From an uncultured virus (IMG/VR IMGVR_UViG_3300028364_000031) (lineage: Duplodnaviria; Heunggongvirae; Uroviricota; Caudoviricetes), in IMG/VR virus record IMGVR_UViG_3300028364_000031: a stretch of DNA of 20,000 nucleotides. One strand, 5' to 3'. How positions within the stretch are numbered: the first letter of the stretch is position 1; each line of letters opens with the position of its first letter. Position numbers and translations under genes: made by a program. The notes beneath the pieces were generated by a model. It saw only the letters and a program-made list of their open reading frames with translations. It was not told the DNA's origin and made no database searches. Of this stretch, positions 7,439 through 15,006 are shown piece after piece.

Positions 7439-8280
7439 TGCGTCTCATCGCGTACAGAATGGTTTATCATCTCAAGCCCGGAAAAGAACATTGTGCTTTC
7501 AGTTATATTAATTCTTTTTGTGTAGTCTACTAATGCCTTTACATCTTTCGGTAAGCATGCCCCACCGTAGCCCCTCTTTCCATCAGGGCCGGGAACTTGT
7601 AGGTTATGTCCCCACCTCTTGTAATTAAGTTCCAGAAAATCGCCAAAGATGTCAATGAACTCAGAATAGTCCATTCCTGATTCATCGATGTCCTGAAACA
7701 TCTGATAAATGCAGTTGGCGAAGATTACTCTGGTTGCGTTGTATGTGTTGGACGCATACTTGAGTAAGGACAGCTTCTCGACGTTCGAGAACCTTACAAT
7801 CTCCTTATTGCAGTCGGACGTATTGATGTATTGCTCAAACGCCTTGTAGTCCACCTCAGACGTTGCATAGACATAATGTTTTTCCATATCCAGCAAATCC
7901 TGAACGGCACATCTTTGTCGTAGGAATTCTGGATTATAAATTGTTAAGTCTGGATAGCACTTGAATAACTCTGCAACAATGTCTGGCGGTGTTGTACTTT
8001 TTAGAACAAGTGGCCTCACAGTGGTTCCAATTTCTTCTATTTCATCTAATACACTTGTGATGTAACTCGAATCGAATTTTCCGTCAACCGTTGGAGAAGG
8101 CACACATAGGAAAATAATATCTATGTCAGATTGTAGAAAGTTTTTCAGGGTGCTGAATGAGACAACACCATTTTCTTCTGCATCTATTTCTCTCACATCG
8201 TAAACGTGAACTTCGCCCGAGGTAAAAGTGTCTCCCGTGGCCTTTCCGATAACACCGTATCCTATTATTCCTATGTTCAT
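7435..8280 (-). CDS. ugd: UDP-glucose/GDP-mannose dehydrogenase family protein (no C-terminal domain)
   Basis: GIIGYGVIG Rossmann motif, CVPSP, KST, NPEFLRQ, KYASN and catalytic GYGGACLPKD. Confidence 0.9.
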   Translation of the reverse strand: MNIGIIGYGVIGKATGDTFTSGEVHVYDVREIDAEENGVVSFSTLKNFLQSDIDIIFLCVPSPTVDGKFDSSYITSVLDEIEEIGTTVRPLVLKSTTPPDIVAELFKCYPDLTIYNPEFLRQRCAVQDLLDMEKHYVYATSEVDYKAFEQYINTSDCNKEIVRFSNVEKLSLLKYASNTYNATRVIFANCIYQMFQDIDESGMDYSEFIDIFGDFLELNYKRWGHNLQVPGPDGKRGYGGACLPKDVKALVDYTKRINITESTMFFSGLEMINHSVRDETQ

Positions 8281-8340
8281 TTGTTTCCCTAGATTGTTTC
8301 AAATATTTAGTTTAAAACCATTATACCGTCTGTTCAATTT

Positions 8341-8430
8341 TGGCGGAAGGAGTGGGTGTCGAACCCACACCTCGGCTCACGCAGAGGGACACCTTTCCAA
8401 GATGCTTGATACGCCAATTTCCGTCCTTCC
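8341..8430 (-). tRNA. tRNA-Ser(GGA)
   Basis: GGAAGGA/TCCTTCC acceptor, G73-CCA, GCATC-TTGGAAA-GGTGT anticodon arm, long variable arm. Confidence 0.85.
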
Positions 8431-8439
8431 TAATATTAA

Positions 8440-8709
8440 AAAGCGCACAACTCTCCAACCTTCTGGAATATTGTGTGCCACCTGTTTGGAAAAGTTTTGT
8501 ACCCACGAACGGGTAAAGTTGGTGGGTGAGTCAAAACTCCTTGCATGAATGTAGTCACGATACATTGTAGTACATTCCCCATCAAGTTTTTCAGTTATGT
8601 ATACACTCTTTCCCTCAAAGTGCTCCACGCTGTTCAGTTTATGATTATCACTCGTGGCATTGCTCCACGGGAGGTGAGGTGTTCTTGGGTATTTAAATAA
8701 GCTAGTCAT
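8440..8709 (-). pseudogene. 3'-truncated RNA ligase family protein
   Basis: KYPRTPHLPWS and motif I TEKLDG are present. Similarity stops at IPEGWRV, just before the expected GE motif III, and the ORF then reads through tRNA-Ser to 8377. Confidence 0.8.
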
Positions 8710-8711
8710 AT

Positions 8712-9320
8712 CTATCCATTTTTTATATCAAATATTTCTCGGGTAGGAGCTTCCATTCGTTGAACCCCTATACCATCTTCAAGGGGATTTGAAAAATCGG
8801 GATCACATTTTTTAATATAATCCACTGACCCCAACCCCATGGGTCCATCAGGTTCCAAGTCCGAATAATTCAACCACTGAAGAGCAAATCCCAATAGTTC
8901 GAACCGTTCACCCTCGAACACCCCAATTATTTCCATTTTATCACCATTATCTGCTGCATCGATTAGATCGATTTTATATTCGTCCTTCACATACAGTTTG
9001 ACAGCGTTTGTTGATATTTTCTCTAATGCCCCATTTGCGAGTTTCCAGTCATCTATAAATATATACTGTGTCGGAGGACAAAGAATCATTGGGAAATTGT
9101 AGCGCCAGAGGGGGTCAGTGCACCATTCTTCTTTTAAAAAAGAGTATAGGGCTTGAGCACTAACTTTATTTTCGGGTAGATTTCCCGCCAAACTCAAATC
9201 GATTGTGCGATTTCTAATATCAATTATTACTTCGACATCTCGGTTTAGTTTGCGTGGATTGTCTATAACTAGCCTACTTTCACAGGGTCTATCTTTTAAT
9301 TGTATTTCTAATTTATCCAT
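8712..9320 (-). CDS. Hypothetical protein, paralog of 9492..9893 with an inserted virion-protein-like segment
   Basis: Shares MDKLEIQL N-terminus and a M(E/D).IGV..G..(F/Y).L.GF.L C-domain with 9492..9893. Confidence 0.8.
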   Translation of the reverse strand: MDKLEIQLKDRPCESRLVIDNPRKLNRDVEVIIDIRNRTIDLSLAGNLPENKVSAQALYSFLKEEWCTDPLWRYNFPMILCPPTQYIFIDDWKLANGALEKISTNAVKLYVKDEYKIDLIDAADNGDKMEIIGVFEGERFELLGFALQWLNYSDLEPDGPMGLGSVDYIKKCDPDFSNPLEDGIGVQRMEAPTREIFDIKNG

Positions 9321-9495
9321 GTTTTACATCTTTTTTTTCGGATCGTCCACAAGTGTTACACTTCCAAACATCGATCAACTCTAATGTATCTTGGTTTATC
9401 GGTGGGCGCGGCACTAAGTAGCGAGTATTTATATCGTATTTGGGATCAATGGCTGTCCCTATTTCCATTTTTGTTTTGCACTGTTTACAAATCAT
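9313..9495 (-). CDS. Small Zn-ribbon protein
   Basis: CKQC...CNTC; overlaps both neighbouring genes at its ends. Confidence 0.8.
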   Translation of the reverse strand: MICKQCKTKMEIGTAIDPKYDINTRYLVPRPPINQDTLELIDVWKCNTCGRSEKKDVKHG

Positions 9496-9893
9496 GCTAA
9501 TATTTCCTTAAAGGAATCCACCCTTCCGCATCCGTTCCAACGTTCATCATCGTAACCCCAAGACACAAGGCGAAACCCGAACAAATCGTATTTTTTGTCC
9601 CCATACACTCCGATTACGTCCATGCCATTCCAGTTTTCTGCTACACTTATTAATTCCTGTGTATATTCTTCCTTCATGTGTATTCTGATATCACCCATTA
9701 TCGCCATTCCCTTAACACGCATTGTGCTTTGGGGCAACTCTTCTTGTTTTCCTAGTATCTGTTCCCCAAAGGGTAAAACATGGAATAAGGTCGACAGTGC
9801 CGACAGTGCCAAACTGGGGTCACCTACTGGAATTTTTATAACATCATAAGTAACTGGGGGTTTATCTATCAGTTGTATCTCTAATTTGTCCAT
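9492..9893 (-). CDS. Hypothetical protein (paralog of 8712..9320)
   Basis: 133-aa ORF with GGAAGAG RBS-like sequence upstream. Confidence 0.8.
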   Translation of the reverse strand: MDKLEIQLIDKPPVTYDVIKIPVGDPSLALSALSTLFHVLPFGEQILGKQEELPQSTMRVKGMAIMGDIRIHMKEEYTQELISVAENWNGMDVIGVYGDKKYDLFGFRLVSWGYDDERWNGCGRVDSFKEILA

Positions 9894-9895
9894 AT

Positions 9896-10354
9896 CTATC
9901 GCTCTTCCATAAGTCGTTCATAATTTTTTATATCTGCCATTATCTCGTTCCATGTACCGCGATTAAAGCCTCCATCGGTGAGGTCATTCCCTCCAATTTC
10001 ATATATACAGCTTGCAATGCAACCCAAATAGTTGTTCGGTTCTTCCCAACTACTAGTAATGCTGTAGGATACTGTCGGTGAAGTAAGTGAAAAACTTACA
10101 TCGACTCGACCATCCAACTCCAGTTCAATTTCAATTTTTTCCACTTCGTCAATACTAAGAGTTTCAAAGACTGACTCTTCATCCGTTAACCACTCCATTA
10201 ATAGTTTAATATGTTCACCCGCCACACCAGTTTTTGTTCTAAGCTGTTCAATAATATTGGCAGTCTCCTCTGTGGGTAATTTTCCACTGTCAATATAAAA
10301 TTTCAGTCTCTTTGGTGTAGTAGTGCCTACTTCAATATACGTTTCATGTTCCAT
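9896..10354 (-). CDS. Hypothetical protein with N-terminal portal(gp20)-like motif
   Basis: 152 aa; LKFYIDSGKLPTEETANIIEQL resembles the T4-type portal motif FYIDxGNxP..A..Y. Confidence 0.75.
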   Translation of the reverse strand: MEHETYIEVGTTTPKRLKFYIDSGKLPTEETANIIEQLRTKTGVAGEHIKLLMEWLTDEESVFETLSIDEVEKIEIELELDGRVDVSFSLTSPTVSYSITSSWEEPNNYLGCIASCIYEIGGNDLTDGGFNRGTWNEIMADIKNYERLMEER

Positions 10355-10790
10355 TATTTTGTTCCGTAAATTCTAAAAGTTCCAATATTTCCAAAAGGTC
10401 TTCACCTTTATCGGTCAGCCAGCCGGGGACTGATCCACCATGTTCCGTAAATTCTTCTTTATCCAACCAATAAAACATAAAATATCTAATTGCTTGAGTG
10501 TGGAACAATTGGTCGCCCTCAGTATTCCAATCTTCATAGGTATAGGTGGAATCTTTATTCCATTCAAGCAGTTTACACTTTTTGATATACCGCATTGCGT
10601 CTCGAACAAGTATGATAGGTTCTTCTGGACACCCACATCCACAAAAACCGAAAAAGTTTATATGAATTATGTCGATCAACTCGTCATTACTTGGTGCAGT
10701 ATATCGGAATTTGTCCTGCACGTACATAGCATCATGATCGCTACAATATGTTTTAGCGTAAGCCACTATTTTTTCTTTTATATCTTTCAT
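10344..10790 (-). CDS. Conserved hypothetical phage protein
   Basis: FCGCGCPE and TEHGGSVPGWLTDKG motifs. Confidence 0.85.
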   Translation of the reverse strand: MKDIKEKIVAYAKTYCSDHDAMYVQDKFRYTAPSNDELIDIIHINFFGFCGCGCPEEPIILVRDAMRYIKKCKLLEWNKDSTYTYEDWNTEGDQLFHTQAIRYFMFYWLDKEEFTEHGGSVPGWLTDKGEDLLEILELLEFTEQNNGT

Positions 10791-10800
10791 CCTGTTATAC

Positions 10801-11121
10801 CTATTCTATGTGTTCTATCGCTTTACCGGGTTCAGCCTTTTTCCAGTCTGGCCAACTTCTATTTTCATTTTTAGATAGTTTAGCTGCCAATGTATCTACA
10901 ATTTCTCTTGGAGAAACTGCTCCACCTTGACTACGCCATGCCCCATCGAACGCTAGGAGTATTACATCAATCCATTCCTCCAAATCCGTTGGGTCTTCTT
11001 CAATTTCTAGAAGTTCTTTTCGGATATGATTAATTGCACCCCTCCAATTGTTGTTAGTGGGTGGGCCGAAGGTTTTTGCACTAAACTTTTGTTGTCGTTC
11101 AAGATGTTCTTCTAAGTTCAT
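10801..11121 (-). CDS. DUF550 dATP/dGTP pyrophosphohydrolase-domain protein
   Basis: FS.KTFGP, HIRKELLEI..DPTDLEEWIDVILLAFDGAWR and K..KN..R.WPDW motifs. Confidence 0.9.
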   Translation of the reverse strand: MNLEEHLERQQKFSAKTFGPPTNNNWRGAINHIRKELLEIEEDPTDLEEWIDVILLAFDGAWRSQGGAVSPREIVDTLAAKLSKNENRSWPDWKKAEPGKAIEHIE

Positions 11122-11125
11122 TTTT

Positions 11126-11449
11126 TTAATCCCTTATGGTAAGCGGTAAGCCCCCAAGCACTTCGCTAGTGGACATAAAGTGAAAATCGGTAATCGAGTG
11201 GTCTGGGTGCGTAAAATTTAATAGGGTATTGACTTCGCTATGTGTCAACCACTCAGAATCTACTACTTCCACATGGGTGTTTTTGGGTATGGGAAATATC
11301 GTGCTAGTTTCTAAGGATAAGAGTGCTATACAGGATGTTACATTTGTGTACCCAATTATCTGGTAAAAATCAAAGGGACCCCGTTGAACAATTGTTCCAA
11401 CTCTAATTCTATCGGAATTATCTTCGTCTTGCGGTCTAAATTTCATCAT
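11126..11449 (-). CDS. Hypothetical protein
   Basis: 107 aa with AAGGAG RBS and its own promoter. Confidence 0.75.
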   Translation of the reverse strand: MMKFRPQDEDNSDRIRVGTIVQRGPFDFYQIIGYTNVTSCIALLSLETSTIFPIPKNTHVEVVDSEWLTHSEVNTLLNFTHPDHSITDFHFMSTSEVLGGLPLTIRD

Positions 11450-11473
11450 TACTATGCTCCTTAATAAGGGTTA

Positions 11474-11502
11474 ATTGTAGCAATAACGAGGATTAAAGTC
11501 AA
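11474..11502 (-). promoter_or_regulatory. Sigma70-type promoter
   Basis: TTGACT-17nt-TACAAT. Confidence 0.75.
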
Positions 11503-11518
11503 GAAGAAGTAAATAATA

Positions 11519-11553
11519 TGGTGCAATACGACTGAATTGAACAGTCGTATTGC
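11519..11553 (-). ncRNA. 35-nt tRNA minihelix (acceptor stem plus T arm plus ACCA)
   Basis: GCAATAC-GACTG-TTCAATT-CAGTC-GTATTGC-A-CCA, all 12 bp Watson-Crick. Confidence 0.75.
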
Positions 11554-11560
11554 ACAAATT

Positions 11561-11636
11561 TGGCAAGTGTGGAGGGAGTCGAACCCCCAACCGGCGGCTT
11601 TGGAGGCCGCTGCTCTACCAATTAAGCTACACACTT
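11561..11636 (-). tRNA. tRNA-Trp(CCA)
   Basis: AAGTGTG/CACACTT acceptor, GCGGC-CTCCAAA-GCCGC anticodon arm, GCCA end. Confidence 0.95.
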
Positions 11637-11644
11637 ATTAATTG

Positions 11645-11933
11645 TTAATTTATCTCAGGGGGTCCAATAATTATACTAAAGCTCCTAACATCTGTGCCTA
11701 CAAATGTAGCTTTTAGTTTATTACTATCAATTAAAATCCGGTGGATTATTTTCTTCATCACACTTAACCTCAAATGGTGTATTGTGTTTTTGTAGAATCA
11801 CTTCCAACTCTTCACGTATAAAAGCTCTACGTGTCTCATCGTTCGTTGTACCAAGTATGTCGGGGTGTAATAACCTATTCATAAGCTCTTCTTTTAGTTC
11901 GTTCGATACTTCTTCTCTAATTGATTCTTTCAT
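11645..11933 (-). CDS. Small protein resembling the tail-sheath C-terminal domain, with a +1 frameshift near 11733
   Basis: NDETRRAFIR...FEVKCDEENNPPD in the annotated frame. After removing one T from GATTTTAATT it continues LIDSNKLKATFVGTDVRSFSIIIGPPEIN*. Confidence 0.65.
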
Positions 11934-11964
11934 CTTTAACCCTTTTCAGTTTTTGGTTTTTCTA

Positions 11965-12297
11965 CTACAGCGTATTATCTTTACACTTTCTCAGATTATC
12001 TTTGTGACGATTTACTAGTTCTATAATGGCATCCAAATCCTCATCTCGAACCATGCAAGTATCCCAATGCGCTTGCCTACTGGATAGACCGAATACATAT
12101 TTGAATGCTAACCACACTCGTTTCCACCAAGGCATATAGACGGAGAGTTGTGAATGAATATGAAGTTCACTATATGGGGGGGACATTTCGTCCACGCTCA
12201 AATCCTCATATAATGCAACAACAGTCATGTGACCGAGGTTAGTGCATTGACAGGATAGATGAATTTCTTTAAAATGTTCTTCGTTTGTATTAGCCAT
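11965..12297 (-). CDS. Hypothetical phage protein
   Basis: CQC..H and PWWKRVWLAFKYVFG motifs; AAGGA RBS. Confidence 0.8.
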   Translation of the reverse strand: MANTNEEHFKEIHLSCQCTNLGHMTVVALYEDLSVDEMSPPYSELHIHSQLSVYMPWWKRVWLAFKYVFGLSSRQAHWDTCMVRDEDLDAIIELVNRHKDNLRKCKDNTL

Positions 12298-12733
12298 GTT
12301 TTTTCCTTTTCGTTTTTGATTCTGCTTTCTTTGTTTTATGTTCTTTCATTTTCTGCTCATACTCTAACTTTTCAACCAGTTGCTCTAGGGCTAGTTCCTT
12401 TGTACCCAGCCTTATTAAATCCGATCTAAGAATTTCTATATTATAGGCTTCTACGCTTTGCCAGTCACTCTCCCAGTTTTCTGGAAAAAGTTCAATTCCA
12501 TCATAATGTTTTTCAAACTTATTGATCCAATCCAATATATGTTTTTGGTGGCCCTTCTCTAACTCTGTATTTATGCCACTCTTTACTTTGGAAGATTCTA
12601 TAGCATCAGCGTAGGTGGATGGTATAGCCCGAATAACAGATTCGTGACAAAGAGACCATCCACAGTTTATAAAACCAGTAGCTACAACTTTACCATAGGC
12701 ATCTTTGAACCGTGCCATACTGGGAAGGCTCAT
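12290..12733 (-). CDS. Hypothetical protein
   Basis: 147 aa, ATGA overlap with the upstream gene. Confidence 0.75.
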   Translation of the reverse strand: MSLPSMARFKDAYGKVVATGFINCGWSLCHESVIRAIPSTYADAIESSKVKSGINTELEKGHQKHILDWINKFEKHYDGIELFPENWESDWQSVEAYNIEILRSDLIRLGTKELALEQLVEKLEYEQKMKEHKTKKAESKTKRKKHG

Positions 12734-12957
12734 TCCGAGAAGTCCAATAATACTTCAACCCAAAAGTCGGTCTCGCCATCGTAATAAAAATATGGATTAA
12801 CCGATTCAGGCATAACCATCTCGAAGCAGCCGCTACTTTGCCTAACATTTAACCCATTAGTTTTCAGTTCTTGAATAAAATGACTTAAATCAGTTCGGTC
12901 CATTTTTCCAACCTCAACCGCATCACTTTCTTCTATATTTCTTATGTATATCTTCAT
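12730..12957 (-). CDS. Hypothetical protein
   Basis: 75 aa with AAGGA RBS. Confidence 0.75.
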   Translation of the reverse strand: MKIYIRNIEESDAVEVGKMDRTDLSHFIQELKTNGLNVRQSSGCFEMVMPESVNPYFYYDGETDFWVEVLLDFSE

Positions 12958-12969
12958 ATTGATTCCTTT

Positions 12970-13680
12970 TTATTCAACAAGTTTAATAATATAGTTAGCC
13001 GCTTTAGAAAACACAGTTTGGTCATCGTCTAACTCTAACTGTTCACTCAGTTCATCTATCGTTTTTATATCGTATTCCAAACCCTGCTCGGTTTCCCGAT
13101 AACGGATTGACAGTGGGCCGTACAGGTACTTGTTTATATACATTATAATACCTTCACAATTTGGAAACGTTTCCCTAAAGCGTTCTATTTTATGAACTTT
13201 TATGTTATTAGCCACTAATAAATACTCACCATTCGGGACATCACCCTCAATGATTTTAGTGGCTGGACCAACTCGTAATTTTTTGTACAGTTCATTCGAT
13301 GCTAAGAGTATGTTGCCTCTACCGGTTCTAGTATTTCGTGCAATTTGATTAGCTGCCATTCCTACCATCATGGCGGGTCTATCTTCAACCATTGAACCTT
13401 CGAGGCCCATATGATGCTCTGCCGAGTTATGAGAAATTTCTGCAATCTTCTGTAGCATGGCCTCAAAAATTTCATCTGTTGAAGATGCTTGTGCTTCCAT
13501 TTTGGGGGAAACATTATGGCTTTGTGTAATAACAAACGTGTTTTCTATATCTAAATTGCATACTATTACAGCGGTATGATTCGGAAAAATGTGTTTCATA
13601 TCATCTATGTTTAGTATGATTGAAGAGGGGTGTACCCAATGCTCTTCGGGTAGTGTGTGGATGTTAATCATGTCGTTCAT
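12970..13680 (-). CDS. Hypothetical protein with major-capsid(gp23)-like segment
   Basis: 236 aa, AAGGAG RBS; AANQIARNTRTGRGNILLAS resembles the T4-type gp23 motif ANxIARxTxRGxGNFIIxS. Confidence 0.8.
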   Translation of the reverse strand: MNDMINIHTLPEEHWVHPSSIILNIDDMKHIFPNHTAVIVCNLDIENTFVITQSHNVSPKMEAQASSTDEIFEAMLQKIAEISHNSAEHHMGLEGSMVEDRPAMMVGMAANQIARNTRTGRGNILLASNELYKKLRVGPATKIIEGDVPNGEYLLVANNIKVHKIERFRETFPNCEGIIMYINKYLYGPLSIRYRETEQGLEYDIKTIDELSEQLELDDDQTVFSKAANYIIKLVE

Positions 13681-13698
13681 ATTTCTCCTTAGTTTTTA

Positions 13699-13727
13699 AC
13701 TATAACAGCTTGGAGAAAATTTTACAA
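13699..13727 (-). promoter_or_regulatory. Sigma70-type promoter
   Basis: TTGTAA-17nt-TATAGT upstream of the RBS. Confidence 0.55.
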
Positions 13728-13732
13728 GAAAA

Positions 13733-13880
13733 AATGTAGGAAAGTGAATAGCGCCTTTTTAAAAGTCTGTTGCTCTAACCATCTGAGCTACCTCTCAACT
13801 TGTTGAGAGGGCAGGACTCGAACCTGCGACCTACAGATTACCATAATTTGTAGAAGGATGCACTAAAAATGGCCTACATT
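13733..13880 (-). ncRNA. YrlA/Y-RNA-like RNA with circularly permuted tRNA-Lys(TTT) domain (unit 1)
   Basis: AATGTAGG/CCTACATT outer stem enclosing TCTGT, T arm GCAGG-TTCGAGT-CCTGC, closed acceptor CCTCTCAAC/GTTGAGAGG, D arm GCTC..GAGC, then ACAGA-CTTTTAA. Confidence 0.8.
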
Positions 13881-13892
13881 GTTTAAATAATA

Positions 13893-13978
13893 CGTCGAAG
13901 GGAAAGTACCCACACTTAATAGTGTTACGGGGTTTTGACCCGCTAGATAGAAGGATGTATGGACATGGCTCTTCAACG
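13893..13978 (-). ncRNA. Y-RNA-like repeat unit 2 (no tRNA domain)
   Basis: CGTTGAAG/CTTCGACG stem, GCCATGT, inner stem TCCATAC/GTGTGGG, CATCCTTCTA and TACTTTCC. Confidence 0.7.
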
Positions 13979-13990
13979 TTTTCAAAATTA

Positions 13991-14060
13991 GTAAAGGAAA
14001 GTATCATCGCTAGTTTTTTATCAAAGAAAAGGTAGAAGGATGCGAATGAAATGGCCTTAT
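13991..14060 (-). ncRNA. Y-RNA-like repeat unit 3 (no tRNA domain)
   Basis: AAGG/CCTT stem, GCCATTT, inner stem TCATTCGC/GCGATGA, CATCCTTCTA and TACTTTCC. Confidence 0.7.
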
Positions 14061-14073
14061 ATTATAGTTTAAT

Positions 14074-14115
14074 ATTTATTTTTAAAACCACTCGTAAATG
14101 ATTTTAAAAATAAAT
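14074..14115. terminator. AT-rich 14-bp inverted repeat (terminator or processing hairpin) after the large RNA
   Basis: ATTTATTTTTAAAA ... TTTTAAAAATAAAT. Confidence 0.45.
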
Positions 14116-14116
14116 T

Positions 14117-15000
14117 CTGAAGACTGAGATTACATCTTTCAGATGGATGCCTTTGGACCGTACCCAGACCTTTGCGTTCAGCCGGTTAATCCGTTATCCA
14201 CTAAGACGCGTTAGCTATCCTAGTATCATCCAACGATGCCTTTTTTAAGGTGTAGCTGTTCACCTGTCATACACTACTACTCGACCTTCGATCTTCCGCT
14301 GACCTTCAGGGCCATTCAAAGTCGCTAAACTTTTACGTCTTCTCTCCGATCAAACAACGCCACCTTGCGAGTTTTGTTGCACCAGATTCCGTTAGGTCTG
14401 ATATTAATCGTCTTTAATAGTTGTACCGAGGCAGACTTTCGCTTTGAAAACAATAATGGGGCTTGAACCCACAATATTCTGATATTGAGTCAGATGCCTG
14501 TACCAATTCGGCTATATCGTTACCTACCAAGAAGTGCTGCCTCAGTTGCTTCATACCTTGTTAGATACAAAATACAACACTCCTCACTGTCTTTTGCCTT
14601 GCGAGCTACTTGACATCTTTTCACGACTGAAGCGATTAAACTTCTTCCGATCAAGATGGTATAGAGCATCTTTTGCGCGAACAATCGAACTCTACACCTA
14701 CACCTTAGTATTACGTGCTCATCGAGTTGGCTGGCAAAGATGGTAGCGCCAACTACCTTATCGCTCACCGAATGGCTCTGCGACTATCCTTTCGGACCTT
14801 CACCCTCAATTTCACACCTACCGCACTTATTATCATACGGGAAAGCCTTAGAGTCTACACTCGTACTTTCTAACTGGTGCTTGCATGACTTGACCCTTAC
14901 GGGACGGGAAAAATGTAGGACATTTTCCCTTTACTACGGTTACCCGTAGCAAGCATTCATGCTTTAAACTGCTGATCTGAATCTTTCGATCTAGATCATG
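14117..15000 (-). ncRNA. Large structured ncRNA, GOLLD-like (~880 nt)
   Basis: No credible ORF and GC-richer than the flanks. Many GNRA-capped hairpins (GATC-GAAA-GATT, CTACGG-GTAA-CCGTAG, CCC-GTAA-GGG, TCC-GAAA-GGA, CTC-GCAA-GG). Dedicated promoter, 3' GTAATCTCAG end, embedded tRNA and phage tRNA-cluster context. Confidence 0.8.
14449..14521 (-). tRNA. tRNA-Leu(CAA)-like element embedded in the large ncRNA (short variable loop, U37, no CCA)
   Basis: AACGATA/TATTGTT acceptor, GCC..GGC D arm, TCTGA-CTCAATA-TCAGA arm, GTGGG-TTCAAGC-CCCAT T arm. Confidence 0.75.
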
Positions 15001-15006
15001 TGATAC

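Noticed and set aside
3864..8340. tRNA-targeted integrative element with att duplication
   Set aside because: No integrase and no duplicated tRNA 3' end seen at the boundaries
10801..11121. 2-aminoadenine (Z-base) genome pathway
   Set aside because: DUF550 alone is widespread and no purZ or datZ is present in the window
14520..14949. ORFs within the large non-coding region
   Set aside because: Short, on both strands, without RBS and with atypical composition; RNA structure explains the region better
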